A stretch of 64,000 nt of DNA from positions 1-64,000 of the IMG/VR virus record IMGVR_UViG_3300042402_002641; one strand, given 5' to 3'. The notes beneath the pieces are model-generated. The model ran no database searches and was not told the origin of the DNA. It saw only the letters and a program-made list of their open reading frames with translations. Each line of letters starts with the position of its first letter. Positions within the stretch are counted from its first letter, which is position 1. This document shows positions 27,247-38,342 of this stretch, piece after piece. Position numbers and translations under genes: made by a program.

Positions 27247-27657
27247 TTATTTAATCCAACCTATGCGTTTTCCCGCAGTTATTCGGCGATCATATTCCTC
27301 GACTGAACTAGGAAATCTCCATGCCCAAACTGCCACGCACAACATAAACAGTGCTGTATATATTATACCACGAACGGGCACTGAAGTCAACCACATGATC
27401 ACCAAACTGGTTGACATCATGAACAGCATGAAATATTTCATTTTCTGCGGGAACACTCTTTTGGTGTTCCAATTTGTGAGAAATGGTCCAAACAACCGGT
27501 GATTGTAGATCCAACGATGCATGCGTTCTGAACCCTTTGAGAAACAGTAGGCCGCGAACACCACAAATATGCTGTAGGGTATGCCAGGGGTAATGACTCC
27601 TATGTAGGCCATACCTAGACTTAGGAATCCCAACGCATTCCAGAATAATTTTTTCAT
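27247..27657 (-). CDS. DUF454/YbaN family membrane protein
   Basis: [27 protein letters not shown]. Confidence 0.85.
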   Translation of the reverse strand: MKKLFWNALGFLSLGMAYIGVITPGIPYSIFVVFAAYCFSKGSERMHRWIYNHRLFGPFLTNWNTKRVFPQKMKYFMLFMMSTSLVIMWLTSVPVRGIIYTALFMLCVAVWAWRFPSSVEEYDRRITAGKRIGWIK

Positions 27658-28631
27658 TAGGCAGCCACCACTCTGTTAGGTACCGCAGCCACTATGATAT
27701 CTTTATGCAGATTTGGGGTGAATTTTCCCCCTGCCGCACCATTCAGCGTGGCCAATATGTTTTGCGGTTTGGCCTTTCTTATATTTGACCCACCGCTTGG
27801 CAATCCGGGAATTGCGTAGCTGATGTGTATCCAAACAGTTTTGCCTGGTAGATATTCCAACAGCAGTTGGTCATAGGGTATGTTCTTGTTGATCCATTGT
27901 GCTATTTCAAAATAGTCATGCGCTCCTACTCCTCGAAACTGCAGATCTGCAGCCTGGCCAGTGCCGTGCTGTCCGCCACCGATACTAGCACCGTGTCTAT
28001 AAGTGTTGGTAATCAGCATGCTGGGATATTTGGCCTTGATAGGTTCAATGACATTCAATGCCAATCCTGCGAGATTGTTGACCACTGCCTGCGGACCAGA
28101 TACCAAAGGTGAATGTTCTGCCAACTGTGCTATGGTTCTAGGAAAGGTTACATTTTTAATCATCTGGCCAAGAGTAGTACCATTCGGAGTAAGCACAGTA
28201 CCAAATGTAATATCACCCGAGACTGCGGCGGTAGGTCTATCTGCTGGTCTGTCTTTACTGGCTGCTACTCCTTCAGTTTTTGGAGTTGGTGTTGTAGTTA
28301 GTTCTTTGTGTTCAGCAGCAGTAATACGTCCTTCAGCGAGAAATCTATCAGCTTCTGCTTTACCTGCGGTATTGTCATCATCACCTTCTACGTTTTTGAT
28401 AGCTGCTGTTACTGTGACTTTTGGTACTGCTGCAGAGGCAAATGTTCCCGGAGTGGTTGCAGCGTTGTAAAGTGCAATTTCCACACCATTGGCAAACACA
28501 TTGTAGGGATTGTAAAGAGGTTCTTGACGATTTAAACTGCCTGGAGAATGTTGATGAGGTAGATTAGGAAAAGGCCCTATTCCGCCACTTGGGCCAACAC
28601 TAGTCGATTGTGGGGTTGGTGTAGTTGCCAT
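27657..28631 (-). CDS. peptidase M15-type peptidoglycan hydrolase
   Basis: ITNTYR, QHGTGQAADL, WIHISY zinc-ligand motifs. Confidence 0.8.
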   Translation of the reverse strand: MATTPTPQSTSVGPSGGIGPFPNLPHQHSPGSLNRQEPLYNPYNVFANGVEIALYNAATTPGTFASAAVPKVTVTAAIKNVEGDDDNTAGKAEADRFLAEGRITAAEHKELTTTPTPKTEGVAASKDRPADRPTAAVSGDITFGTVLTPNGTTLGQMIKNVTFPRTIAQLAEHSPLVSGPQAVVNNLAGLALNVIEPIKAKYPSMLITNTYRHGASIGGGQHGTGQAADLQFRGVGAHDYFEIAQWINKNIPYDQLLLEYLPGKTVWIHISYAIPGLPSGGSNIRKAKPQNILATLNGAAGGKFTPNLHKDIIVAAVPNRVVAA

Positions 28632-28638
28632 GAACTAT

Positions 28639-28929
28639 TTAAGCCAGTGCAATACCAGTGGTCTGCTGTATAAATTGATCTGCAAATGATTTATCAGTGG
28701 CTTCTGCCACAGCCACCACAGCTTTAGCTAGTCTAATTTCTTTGCTGGGATCCACAGTGAACAGATATGGCATGAGTGCAGGTCCTTTTGGACTCATAGC
28801 AATCACCATGGGATGGGCTAGTTTGTAGTGCATGATCTGATCATCAACCAGCTTGGCTACTAATTCTTCTCCACTAGTTAGTTTTAGAGTGATTACTTCA
28901 CCTACTGTTACGCCTTTATCAATTAACAT
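28639..28929 (-). CDS. Sm-like fold phage protein
   Basis: VITLKLTSGEELVAK motif. Confidence 0.6.
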   Translation of the reverse strand: MLIDKGVTVGEVITLKLTSGEELVAKLVDDQIMHYKLAHPMVIAMSPKGPALMPYLFTVDPSKEIRLAKAVVAVAEATDKSFADQFIQQTTGIALA

Positions 28930-29149
28930 TTTCTAACCTTTTCTTTAGTTCTGTAAATCCACCCACGAGTTCTTCACCTAGAAAAATCTGTGGTACTGTT
29001 CTTGCTGAGGGCACTGCCTCTAACAATTCTTCTTTGGTATATCCATCTCCGATTTTTTTTTCTTCAAATGGGATGCCTCGTTGTTTTAGCAGTGCCTTGG
29101 CCTGATCACAATAAGGACAATTATATTTGCTCCATATCACAGCTTTCAT
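28919..29149 (-). CDS. glutaredoxin
   Basis: CPYC, TVPQIF, GGF. Confidence 0.95.
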   Translation of the reverse strand: MKAVIWSKYNCPYCDQAKALLKQRGIPFEEKKIGDGYTKEELLEAVPSARTVPQIFLGEELVGGFTELKKRLENVN

Positions 29150-29598
29150 GTCATTTCCTTTGTATCATATGTCTGTTGGAAGATGTCTAGTTTAACCACA
29201 CCGTAGTCTCCCTCACCATGCCGAACAATAACATCGTTGCCCGAGGTATATTCTAGATCACCCCAACTAGCTTTTACTATACCGTCATGGTCTGCTAACT
29301 TGGCCAATTTTACAACACCACCTTTGGGAGTTCCTGTGCCGTCATTGTTATCGTCATATTTGTCATGGAAGTTATCTGGGTCAAGAGGCCAAAATTCTTT
29401 CTTAGGACCTGGCCCCATAATGTAATGACCGGCTTTATGTTCCACTGGCCCTTCTAAAGTGTTTGTTACACCGTCACTGTCAGCAATCTTGTATGGTACT
29501 GGAATAGGTTTTTTAAATGTTTTAAAACTGCCGTCCTTAAACCAACTGTCGTTGATTTTACCTTCGATAAGGTTTATGTATTCTCTTAGTGTTTTCAT
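29146..29598 (-). CDS. PGDYG-like protein with head-targeting N-terminus
   Basis: TLEG..GDYGVV..IFQQTY; N-terminus MKTLREYINLIE. Confidence 0.65.
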   Translation of the reverse strand: MKTLREYINLIEGKINDSWFKDGSFKTFKKPIPVPYKIADSDGVTNTLEGPVEHKAGHYIMGPGPKKEFWPLDPDNFHDKYDDNNDGTGTPKGGVVKLAKLADHDGIVKASWGDLEYTSGNDVIVRHGEGDYGVVKLDIFQQTYDTKEMT

Positions 29599-29600
29599 AA

Positions 29601-29768
29601 TTAACTTGAATATATCACAGCACCTTTTTTGTCAGTGACTCGAACCATTAGCATACCCTTGTTTTTATAGCTCAAGGCTGCAGATATGGCTGCTTGTTCG
29701 TTGCCATAACTACCAATCGTAGTCCATGACTCGTATGGGTTTGTTCTTTTGAATTGTGCTTTGTACAT
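29601..29768 (-). CDS. small hypothetical protein (55 aa), not in ORF track
   Basis: MYKAQFKRTNPYESWTTIGSYGNEQAA..; fills the gap between nrdB and the next gene. Confidence 0.7.
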   Translation of the reverse strand: MYKAQFKRTNPYESWTTIGSYGNEQAAISAALSYKNKGMLMVRVTDKKGAVIYSS

Positions 29769-29774
29769 GATTTA

Positions 29775-30875
29775 TTATATAGCCGGAAGAGCATCGTAGT
29801 CAAGATTTTCACCCATAACACCTATCACATAATTGGTACTTTCGGTTTCCTGTAGAGCACTCTGTTTCTTTGAAGTATCAGTGTGCTTGTTGAACCAAGG
29901 AATTGGAGTTGATCTTGGGGCAGTAGCTTGATATTTGATACCTATGTCTTTGAGCGCACCCACAGCGGTATAGTCTACGAAATCTTTGAGTATGGCTGCG
30001 TTAAGTCCAATCACCGGACCCAATTTAAACAGATGATCTGCCCAGGACTTTTCTTCAGCTATAACATCTAGATACAACTGATATACTTCTGCCTCACATT
30101 CTGCTTTGGCAGCTGCGAATCTTGGATCTTCCTTGACTACCTGATTGATCAACCATGCGGTCCACCCTTTGTGTAGCAGTTCGTCCTGTAGGATTAGGCT
30201 GATGATGTTGCCGTTACCAATGAATATGCGATTCTCTACCATGGCCAATGATGTGGCAAACGATACCATGAAGCGGAATGCTTCTAGAGCATATGAAGCA
30301 TGCAGGGCCATGTATATGGCTCGCACATGATCTTTTTCAGATATCTTTTCACCTATCTCTTTTCTGCAGTTGATTTCATGCAGTTGATCATAGTATCTAC
30401 CCACGCTGGCAGCCATGTCTACAATCTCTTTGGTGTCATGGATTGTGTTGAACACATCCTTGGGCACATTGTAGATGTTGCGGATAATATGACTGTATGA
30501 ACGACTGTGAATGTTGGTTTCAAAGAAGGTCCAATTGTAGATCAATGCTTCTAGTTCTGGCAGGCTGATCACCGGCATAAACACCTGACTAGGGGCTCGG
30601 CCCTGCAGGCTGTCTAGAGCAGTTTGACGCAGGAGATTGGATGTAAAAATATGTTTGACCGCGGCACTAGCATCTTTGAAATCGTTGGCATCTTTTGAAA
30701 GATTGATTTCTTCAGGTACCCAAAAAAATCCTCGTGCTGTTTTTTCATAGTCAGCGATCTTGTTGTATTTGACTTCTTCGAATCTCTGAATGGTTACTGG
30801 ACCTGCAGGATCTAAAAACATTTTGCGATTCGCATAATCCGTTTTGTTAGATAGGTTGTATTGTCTTTTGCTCAT
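29775..30875 (-). CDS. nrdB: ribonucleotide reductase class Ia beta subunit
   Basis: FWVPEE, DSLQGRAP, ETNIHSRSY, EAFRF, DELLH. Confidence 0.96.
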   Translation of the reverse strand: MSKRQYNLSNKTDYANRKMFLDPAGPVTIQRFEEVKYNKIADYEKTARGFFWVPEEINLSKDANDFKDASAAVKHIFTSNLLRQTALDSLQGRAPSQVFMPVISLPELEALIYNWTFFETNIHSRSYSHIIRNIYNVPKDVFNTIHDTKEIVDMAASVGRYYDQLHEINCRKEIGEKISEKDHVRAIYMALHASYALEAFRFMVSFATSLAMVENRIFIGNGNIISLILQDELLHKGWTAWLINQVVKEDPRFAAAKAECEAEVYQLYLDVIAEEKSWADHLFKLGPVIGLNAAILKDFVDYTAVGALKDIGIKYQATAPRSTPIPWFNKHTDTSKKQSALQETESTNYVIGVMGENLDYDALPAI

Positions 30876-30877
30876 TA

Positions 30878-31717
30878 TTATTCCCTGGTTTGTATTCCTG
30901 CCAACAGCCAGCCACCTTGTGATTTTGATTTAGTCATATTCCATACTTCTTCAAATGGTTCAGCTTGTTCGCCTACTGTTTCTTGTATTACACCTGTGAA
31001 CTCTACGCTGGCGATATAATCTGCTTCAGTTTCTTCTATTCCCAACAGTTTTGCTGATAAAGATATCACTGCGGTTCTGTGCAGTTCGTTGGCATCACGT
31101 TGTGCCAACTGTTCTTTGATTTCTTTCAACATTGTGTCTGTCATCATGTTGCTGAGTGTGCTGATGTCTGCACCGTCCCAGGCACCTTGTAGCAAGGTAA
31201 AGTTTTGTTTGGCTGCTGTCTCAAATCCTATCACATCAAAGTCTGCGGGTATACTCCATGTAGTTGTTGTCAATGCTGATCCAATCATTGATCCGCCTGA
31301 GAATCTTGTGGGTTGTGTTGCTTGAGGACTTGCTTGTGGTCCTTGATAGGCAAGGTTGTCGTTACTGGTCATTATACGCTTACGCATGAACCAACCTATC
31401 ACTGCCATAACTGCTACACCAATCAACAGAGCCATTAAGATATTGCCGAACATTTCACCCATGCCTAAACTGCTGGCCAACCATGCCAAGCCCAGGCCTG
31501 CTGCCAAGCCGCCTAACATGGCTCCCCATGGACGACTAGGTGCTGGTGCAGGTGCCGCTGTTGGGGATGTTGGTTGTGCAGGAGGTGCCGCTTGTTTCTT
31601 GCTCACGTTACTACTTTGTTGCCCCATGCTTTTGCCACCGCCCATGCGTTTGGCTTCTGCACTCGCACTGGCAAACGCCATCATACTGACCAATAATATT
31701 GTGATTAATTTTTTCAT
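30878..31717 (-). CDS. Tim44-domain protein
   Basis: Signal AEAKRMGGGKSMG, Gly-rich TM, LQGAWD..FEEVWNM..GWLLAGIQ. Confidence 0.88.
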   Translation of the reverse strand: MKKLITILLVSMMAFASASAEAKRMGGGKSMGQQSSNVSKKQAAPPAQPTSPTAAPAPAPSRPWGAMLGGLAAGLGLAWLASSLGMGEMFGNILMALLIGVAVMAVIGWFMRKRIMTSNDNLAYQGPQASPQATQPTRFSGGSMIGSALTTTTWSIPADFDVIGFETAAKQNFTLLQGAWDGADISTLSNMMTDTMLKEIKEQLAQRDANELHRTAVISLSAKLLGIEETEADYIASVEFTGVIQETVGEQAEPFEEVWNMTKSKSQGGWLLAGIQTRE

Positions 31718-32358
31718 GTAAGCTCCTTGAATTTTCCTGATGCAAGAACTATCTTGCATATATGTTCTAATCGTTCTATGTGCTCGTAGGCACGCCACGG
31801 AGTCACATCAATGGCCACAACCCCGTGCCCTTTAATTCCAACTATGTCATAGGCAATATTGCCCTCGTTATCTAATTGTAACATCTTATGACACTGGTCA
31901 GCTAGAGCTTGGCTAATGGGAGGTACATCACCTACATTGGGTGCTACCTTGGTGTAGCGATTAAGTTCTGGAAACTCATTGCTAATGGTATTTAAATCAA
32001 TTCCGGCATGCATGGCTGCAATACAATAGGTGGGATGCACATGCACTACCACACGAACTTCATTGTTGTGCTGTCCCATCCGTTTTTGCAGACCAAAGTG
32101 CAAGGGAATTTCTCCACTGGGTTTGAGGTTAGCACTGATATCAGTATAAAACTCTTCTCTCCAAAGAGAGACTGGTCCGTTTTCGAGGATCTTTATCTTC
32201 TTAAACTGATCGGGCTGCAGAGTCTGCTTACGCACTCCCGATGGTGTGATGTAAAAATGATCACGATCGTGATGTCGTATAGAAATATTACCATCTCTGC
32301 TGGTAATCCAATTCCGTTTGTAAGCATCTACTAGTATATCACAACAGGTTTCTAGCAT
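31714..32358 (-). CDS. class II aldolase/adducin family protein
   Basis: DGNISIR, ITPSG, PSGEIPLH, HVHP, GHGVV. Confidence 0.9.
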   Translation of the reverse strand: MLETCCDILVDAYKRNWITSRDGNISIRHHDRDHFYITPSGVRKQTLQPDQFKKIKILENGPVSLWREEFYTDISANLKPSGEIPLHFGLQKRMGQHNNEVRVVVHVHPTYCIAAMHAGIDLNTISNEFPELNRYTKVAPNVGDVPPISQALADQCHKMLQLDNEGNIAYDIVGIKGHGVVAIDVTPWRAYEHIERLEHICKIVLASGKFKELT

Positions 32359-32890
32359 TGATGAAGTCCCAGTTTATTATTTTCCATTGATTTTCTAGAT
32401 ATTTTGATTTATCTGATTGATAGTCTAAGGCCCATGCATGTTCCCACCAATCTATCAATAGCACAATATCTTTTTTAATTTCATGATTCACAATAGTCTT
32501 TATCTTGCCGTCTTTGGCCAAATAGACCCAACCACTGCCCTGTATCGCCATGGCTGCTTTCTCAAATTGTTGCTTGAACTGATCAAAGGTTTTATAATGT
32601 TCTTCAATGGAACTCAGTATAGGTCCGGATGGCTTGTTGTTTCTACTAGGTGCTTGATATTGTTGAAACAGTGTATTGTGTAGAAATGCGCCTGCTTCAT
32701 TAAATCCAGCATCGCCTTCATTGGCATTATAGCGTCGAGCATAGCCCTGTGCCAGTTCGCCGTAGTGATAGTCGATAGTGGCTTCGCTGACACTAGGATC
32801 GAGTTCATTGCGCTCATAGGGCAATGGCAGTATTTCTAATCGATGAGGTCTACCTTCATTGAGCACGTTGCGTATGAAACTATAGGTCAT
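32339..32890 (-). CDS. Fe/Mn superoxide dismutase
   Basis: LPY..YHY, FLHN, QGSGW, DWWEHAW. Confidence 0.92.
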   Translation of the reverse strand: MTYSFIRNVLNEGRPHRLEILPLPYERNELDPSVSEATIDYHYGELAQGYARRYNANEGDAGFNEAGAFLHNTLFQQYQAPSRNNKPSGPILSSIEEHYKTFDQFKQQFEKAAMAIQGSGWVYLAKDGKIKTIVNHEIKKDIVLLIDWWEHAWALDYQSDKSKYLENQWKIINWDFINARNLL

Positions 32891-32893
32891 TGT

Positions 32894-33217
32894 TTACACT
32901 CTAAAACTTTCACCGCAGCCGCAGCGGTCTCGTTCATTGGGATTGACAAAGTCGAATCCTTCGTTGAGTCCTTTCTTAACCCAATCCATGGTTAGACCCT
33001 GCAAATACACACTATCCTTGATACTAACTTTGATAACAAAATCTGGGTAGACAATGTTGTTATCGTAAGAATCAAATTTATCTTCTCTTAGATATTCCAA
33101 TACATAAGCAAGACCACTGCACCCTGTAGTTTTTACACCTATTCGAATGCCCTTACATGCTTTTTTATGTAAGAATTCTTTGACCTTTTTAACTGCGTTA
33201 TCAGTTAATGTAATCAT
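32894..33217 (-). CDS. iscA: Fe-S cluster assembly A-type carrier IscA
   Basis: TTGCSGLAY, CGCGESF. Confidence 0.93.
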   Translation of the reverse strand: MITLTDNAVKKVKEFLHKKACKGIRIGVKTTGCSGLAYVLEYLREDKFDSYDNNIVYPDFVIKVSIKDSVYLQGLTMDWVKKGLNEGFDFVNPNERDRCGCGESFRV

Positions 33218-33593
33218 GTTTACTCTTATAGTCAGCTACTGCTGCCTTAATAGCGTCCTCGGCCAATATACTGCAATGTATCTTGACCGGAGGTAAGGCT
33301 AACTCTTCGGCAATTTCGGAGTTTTTAATTTCTCCGGCTTTGTTGATGTGCATACCTTTGACCCACTCTGTGACAAGGCTCGAGCTTGCAATAGCCGATC
33401 CGCAGCCATACGTTTTAAATTTTGCATCTGTAATAATACCTGTATCATCGTCCACCTTTATCTGTAATTTCATTACATCGCCACAAGCAGGGGCACCAAC
33501 CATACCAGTACCAATATCAGTATCACTCTTGTCAAAAGATCCGACATTCCGGGGATTTTCATAATGATCAATCACTTTATCGCTGTATGCCAT
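33201..33593 (-). CDS. iscU: Fe-S scaffold IscU
   Basis: YSDKVIDHYENPRNVG, ACGD, LPPVKIHC. Confidence 0.96.
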   Translation of the reverse strand: MAYSDKVIDHYENPRNVGSFDKSDTDIGTGMVGAPACGDVMKLQIKVDDDTGIITDAKFKTYGCGSAIASSSLVTEWVKGMHINKAGEIKNSEIAEELALPPVKIHCSILAEDAIKAAVADYKSKHDYIN

Positions 33594-33602
33594 TCTATTT
33601 CC

Positions 33603-33926
33603 TTATACGCTGAAACTGCTGCCACAGCCACAGGTGCTTTGAGCGTTGGGATTACTTATCACAAATTGACTTCCTGTCAAATCGTCTTTGTAGTCTATGC
33701 TGGCACCTTCAAGGTACTGCATACTCATAGCGTCTACCAACACTTTGAATTTTTCTAATGGGATCTCAAAATCGTCCTCATTGGTTATTTCATCAAATGT
33801 AAAGCCATAGCTAAATCCACTACACCCGCCACCTTGTACAAAGGTTCTCAGTGATAGATTAGGATTGCCTTCTTCTAAAAGTAGATCCAGGATTTTGATC
33901 TTAGCTGATTCTGTTATTGTCATCAT
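33603..33926 (-). CDS. erpA: Fe-S insertion protein ErpA
   Basis: [18 protein letters not shown]. Confidence 0.92.
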   Translation of the reverse strand: MMTITESAKIKILDLLLEEGNPNLSLRTFVQGGGCSGFSYGFTFDEITNEDDFEIPLEKFKVLVDAMSMQYLEGASIDYKDDLTGSQFVISNPNAQSTCGCGSSFSV

Positions 33927-36265
33927 AGTTTACATGCCTCACAGTCTTCTTCTTCAATACTGGTTTCAACTTCACGTTCGTTGTAGAAACCGTTGTAATG
34001 TACTTCTGGTGTTGCTTCGTTGGTTGCTTTTGAACCTGCTTTGTTAATCAGGCTGTAGTAGAATGTCTTGAGTCCCCACATATGTGCCTGCATGAGATTC
34101 TTGGCGATCAGGGTTGTAGGCACTTTGCGATCTGGAAAGTGTGCTGGATTGTAGAATGTGTTGGTAGAGATTGATTGATCCACATAGGCAGCTAATACGG
34201 CTGCGGTTTTTAGATAGCCGTCACAGTCTTGTTGATCCCACATTAGTTGATACTTGTTCTTCAACCTATTGAATTCAGGAACTACCTGTGTTAATGAACC
34301 TGCCTTGGATTCTTTGGTAGATATCAAGCTCATAGGCATTTCTATTCCGTTAGTGGAATTAATAACCACCGAGCTCGACTCCACGGGAGCGATGGCCATC
34401 AGGGTGGCATTACGGACTCCGTGCTGTTTCATTTCTTGTCTAAGACTCTCCCAGTCGAGCTCAGGGGCAAAATCGGTGAGTTGGTTGACTCCTGCTGCTC
34501 GTCTTTCCCAGGGGAACTCACCTTGTCCGTATCTTGTTCTGTCTGAATCTTTGCATCTGCCTCTTTCTTTGGCCAATTCAACTGTGGATTCTGTAAGGTA
34601 AAAGGCTTGATGCTCCATCCAAACTTTAACTTCTGCCAATGCGTCGTTGTCGCCATATCTGTAGCTCCTTTTTGCATGCCAATAGGCAAGATTAGTAACA
34701 CCTATGCCCAATGGTTGGAGTTCATCATTGCTGAGTTTGCTTTGAATACTCAGGAAGTCTTGATAATCCAATATGTTACATAGGCTGCGTTGTAATATGC
34801 GACAGGCTCTACGCATGTCTTCTGGGTTACGGAACGCACCCCAGTTGATGGATCCCAGTGTGCATAACGCTATGCGTCCTTCCTCGTCGTCAAGTCTTTT
34901 AAATGAACGAGTTGGCAATAAGATCTCACAGCACAGGTTACTTTGGTAAATGGTATGATACTCCGGATCAAACGGTCCTTGATTCATAACATTATCAATA
35001 AACACCAAATAGATGCGACCCGTGTCTGTGCGCTCCTTGAGAATGCCTGATTTGAATACTTCTTCGGCACTCATTGTTTTTTTGCGTAAATCCTTACGCT
35101 TTTCATATTTTACATACAGTTGTTCAAACAGCTCTGTGTTTCTGTAAAACGCTTCATAAAGATCCGGTACTTCGTTAGGATCAAAGAAAGTTATGTTTTC
35201 TTTGTTTTTAAATCGTCTCCAGAAGAAAGCACTAAGCACAACCCCATAATCCATATGACGGACTCGGGTTTCTTCTGTTCCTTGATTGTTTTTAAGAACA
35301 ATAAGATCATCAAACTGAAGATGCCAAATAGGATAGAATACAGTAGCACTTGCATTGCGGATACCTCCTTGTGAACAACTACGTAAGTCACCAAACCATT
35401 TCTTAAGGAATGGTATCATTCCAGTATGTTGAATCTCACCGCCACGTATTGGAGCACCTAGTGAACGCAGACGACCAATTTCTAAACCAATGCCAGCACG
35501 TTTGCTGGCATACTTGGCCATCATCTCACCACTAGCAAATATACTATCCAAATTGTCGTCACTGCGGATAAGCACACAACTAGAAAACTGTTTAGTTTGA
35601 GTGCCAAGACCAGCCAGCACAGGTGTAGCAAGAGTAAATAGGCCATCTGACGCACAGTTGTAGTACTCTTTGATGTAACGCATACGGGACGATTGAGGTT
35701 CTTCCTTATGAAAGACCGTAGCGGCCGCGACCATATACCTAACCTGTGGCGTCTCATAGATCTCTTTCGTAGCGCGATTGCGTACAAGATACTTCTCAAT
35801 AAGTTGTTCAATGGCTGCATATGAGTATTGTTCATCCTTTTCGTGATCAATGAAATCATTCATGCGATTCCATTCTTCTTCGGTGTACCATTCTAATAGT
35901 TCCGCGGTGTACAGGCCCACTGAAACATTTTTCTTTACAATGTCATAGAGGTGGGGAGGATCATATTGGCCATAGACGTCTTTTCTCAACATACTGAGTC
36001 TCTGCTTGCCTGCTACAAACTGATAATTTGTATGTCCTACATCTGGATTATGTTCTATGTCTATGAGATTCACTATGGCTCTAAGGGTAGTGCCGTCGAT
36101 TTCTTCTGTGGTGATACCATCATAGAAATGCGGTTGTGCTTTGATTTCTATCATTGATTGGCTTACATCTGCTATACCTTTACAGACTTTTGCCACCTGC
36201 GCCTGCCATTTTTCTACTGCTAGTGGTTCTCTACTACCGTTTCTTTTGATAACCGTGATGCTCAT
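33923..36265 (-). CDS. nrdA: ribonucleotide reductase class Ia alpha subunit
   Basis: ATP cone, QFSSC, SNLCCEI, C-terminal CEAC. Confidence 0.97.
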   Translation of the reverse strand: MSITVIKRNGSREPLAVEKWQAQVAKVCKGIADVSQSMIEIKAQPHFYDGITTEEIDGTTLRAIVNLIDIEHNPDVGHTNYQFVAGKQRLSMLRKDVYGQYDPPHLYDIVKKNVSVGLYTAELLEWYTEEEWNRMNDFIDHEKDEQYSYAAIEQLIEKYLVRNRATKEIYETPQVRYMVAAATVFHKEEPQSSRMRYIKEYYNCASDGLFTLATPVLAGLGTQTKQFSSCVLIRSDDNLDSIFASGEMMAKYASKRAGIGLEIGRLRSLGAPIRGGEIQHTGMIPFLKKWFGDLRSCSQGGIRNASATVFYPIWHLQFDDLIVLKNNQGTEETRVRHMDYGVVLSAFFWRRFKNKENITFFDPNEVPDLYEAFYRNTELFEQLYVKYEKRKDLRKKTMSAEEVFKSGILKERTDTGRIYLVFIDNVMNQGPFDPEYHTIYQSNLCCEILLPTRSFKRLDDEEGRIALCTLGSINWGAFRNPEDMRRACRILQRSLCNILDYQDFLSIQSKLSNDELQPLGIGVTNLAYWHAKRSYRYGDNDALAEVKVWMEHQAFYLTESTVELAKERGRCKDSDRTRYGQGEFPWERRAAGVNQLTDFAPELDWESLRQEMKQHGVRNATLMAIAPVESSSVVINSTNGIEMPMSLISTKESKAGSLTQVVPEFNRLKNKYQLMWDQQDCDGYLKTAAVLAAYVDQSISTNTFYNPAHFPDRKVPTTLIAKNLMQAHMWGLKTFYYSLINKAGSKATNEATPEVHYNGFYNEREVETSIEEEDCEACKL

Positions 36266-36305
36266 ATTCTTTCTCTGTTAGTATTTTACGTATTTATTAC
36301 TAGGG

Positions 36306-36719
36306 TCATTGCTGCCATATCATGTTGGTATCAAGATGTTCGATTTCTTCAATGGCACTGACCGTTCTGCAGGCATGATTCAACACATGTGTGTCGTCCA
36401 CTATCAGTATGTATGCTGCTTCGCTTTTACCTGGAATCATTAACTTATGTATCTCGCATTTGGTTTTGATAAACCGCTGTGTTAATTTAATAGTATACAG
36501 CATTCCCAAAGCGATTGCAAGATCGTCTAGTCTAAGATCTAGGATCAATCGCCAAGGATCGGGCCATTGTTGGGGTGAGTCGGGATCGAGGTATGCACTT
36601 ACAAACGGAGCATGACTCCAAAGTTCAGCAACATCTTCCAGTGGGTTATCACTGGTTTCTAGTGTGTCTCTAAACTGTTTCCAAGCTGCAATTCGATCTG
36701 TGCCGTATCGGTCAAACAC
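36306..36719 (-). CDS. hypothetical phage protein
   Basis: Overlaps upstream gene stop; WPDPW motif. Confidence 0.7.
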   Translation of the reverse strand: MFDRYGTDRIAAWKQFRDTLETSDNPLEDVAELWSHAPFVSAYLDPDSPQQWPDPWRLILDLRLDDLAIALGMLYTIKLTQRFIKTKCEIHKLMIPGKSEAAYILIVDDTHVLNHACRTVSAIEEIEHLDTNMIWQQ

Positions 36720-38304
36720 CGTAGGCTACATCGAAAGAGATGCTGCCTGTTTGCCCTGTGGCCAGAGGATTCTTGTATGATAACAACACTGTGGAAAGAC
36801 TACTGTCTCCCCCTGGAGGGTTTGTGAGTGTGGTATTAAATTCAAAATTAGTCATAGTAGGTCCTCCTAGAGCTGTGACAAGGTTCGGTGAATATGTATA
36901 ATTATCAGTAAAACCGATATTAGTGACATCATCTACACCTGCGAGGTCATCACCTATGGCCATTTGCAGGGTGCCAAATCTAGTGTGTCCGCCTAGTCGT
37001 AGACAATAATTTATCACTGTAAATTTGTTGAGAGATGAAAACACTGCCAGCGGTCTAAAACTGTCGCTGAGATCAATCAGTGCGTAGTTTCTGTCTACGA
37101 AATTAACATTAGCCGCGTTGAAAACTTCTACAAAACTGCCTTTGGTATCTACCGAAGTCATGCCTGCAGCCTGTTGGCGATTGCTAGTGCAGTCCACAAT
37201 CACATTTCCTATCTGTTCTCCAAAGTAAACCATAACATCATCTGGATTGGCTGCGGTAGCGGTGCCGTTGGCTACGTTTTTAAATTTTGATCTGTTAATT
37301 ACTGTACCTTGACCATTGGTAGATCTAAATGCCTGACGGTCGATCTCTTCGAACACACAATCATAAATCGTCCAATTATTACCTTGAGTAGCTACACCGT
37401 CGATGTATATAGCCGTGTCATTCACAAAAAATCGAGAATTTTCAAATTTAATTTCTGTATCATATACCGCAGTTTGAAGACATTTCACTGCTACGCTTAC
37501 TCCTTCAAACGCACAGTCCCTAAATAAAATATTGTCCGTCTTGGTGCCTGCTAGTGTATTTTCCCAGAACACCGAAGCAGGTTCTGTGGCCAGTGAAGCT
37601 ACTGCTGTGCCTAACACATAGGTTCCTTGAAAGTTTAATTTTGATAACGAGGAATTAGCGACTCCTGACAACACAATCTGTCCTGTAGTTCTCGATATTG
37701 TAAGGTTCGATATGTCTATGTTCTGTGGTCTATTAGTGCTGTTAAATTCTACAAGTTCCAATCCTGTGCTGGTGATGAAACGAATATTATTTGCGCCTAT
37801 GTTCAGAATTACACTGTGTCTTGTTTCTCCCTGTAGTATTATTCCAGAGGGCAGTGCAAGGTCGCTAGTAAACAGATATTCACCATTAGGAATCACTAGA
37901 ACTTTTTTATAATTGGTATTAGCGTTGCGGAACAGCTGGGTGGCTGCTGTTTCAAAGGCTGTGACGCAGTCGGTGGAACCATCACCTATGGCTCCGAAAT
38001 CTCTAACACTGACGTGGGTTTCATCTATTTTGTTCTGTAGAGATCTAGGAATGCTTAGGGTTATTGATGTGTCATCGTTAGCAAATCTATAGCTGGCTGC
38101 AAGATCTAAGATGTTGTCGTGTTCTGTGAGTATTTTTGTGTTGCCTACATAGGGTGCACCTTCTAGTACACTGCCGTTACCTATGAATAATTCTTGGGAA
38201 TCTACGGCCCATGCAAATTCAGCAGAGCTTAATTGTGGTACGCCACTGTTGGAGTTTTTTTGGCCTCTTCTGACCTGGATTTTTGAGATTTGGACCACTG
38301 CCAC
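36712..38304 (-). CDS. virion protein with pectate-lyase-like beta-helix (tail/baseplate-associated)
   Basis: VVQISKIQVRRG N-terminus, SVRDFGAIGDG, beta-helix repeats; late promoter. Confidence 0.75.
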   Translation of the reverse strand: MAVVQISKIQVRRGQKNSNSGVPQLSSAEFAWAVDSQELFIGNGSVLEGAPYVGNTKILTEHDNILDLAASYRFANDDTSITLSIPRSLQNKIDETHVSVRDFGAIGDGSTDCVTAFETAATQLFRNANTNYKKVLVIPNGEYLFTSDLALPSGIILQGETRHSVILNIGANNIRFITSTGLELVEFNSTNRPQNIDISNLTISRTTGQIVLSGVANSSLSKLNFQGTYVLGTAVASLATEPASVFWENTLAGTKTDNILFRDCAFEGVSVAVKCLQTAVYDTEIKFENSRFFVNDTAIYIDGVATQGNNWTIYDCVFEEIDRQAFRSTNGQGTVINRSKFKNVANGTATAANPDDVMVYFGEQIGNVIVDCTSNRQQAAGMTSVDTKGSFVEVFNAANVNFVDRNYALIDLSDSFRPLAVFSSLNKFTVINYCLRLGGHTRFGTLQMAIGDDLAGVDDVTNIGFTDNYTYSPNLVTALGGPTMTNFEFNTTLTNPPGGDSSLSTVLLSYKNPLATGQTGSISFDVAYGV

Positions 38305-38342
38305 GATAGTTCTCCTAGAAACTTCTATTTCTAGTATTTAGC

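Noticed and set aside
29775-36265. Introns or inteins in nrdA/nrdB
   Set aside because: Both ORFs are continuous and of normal length
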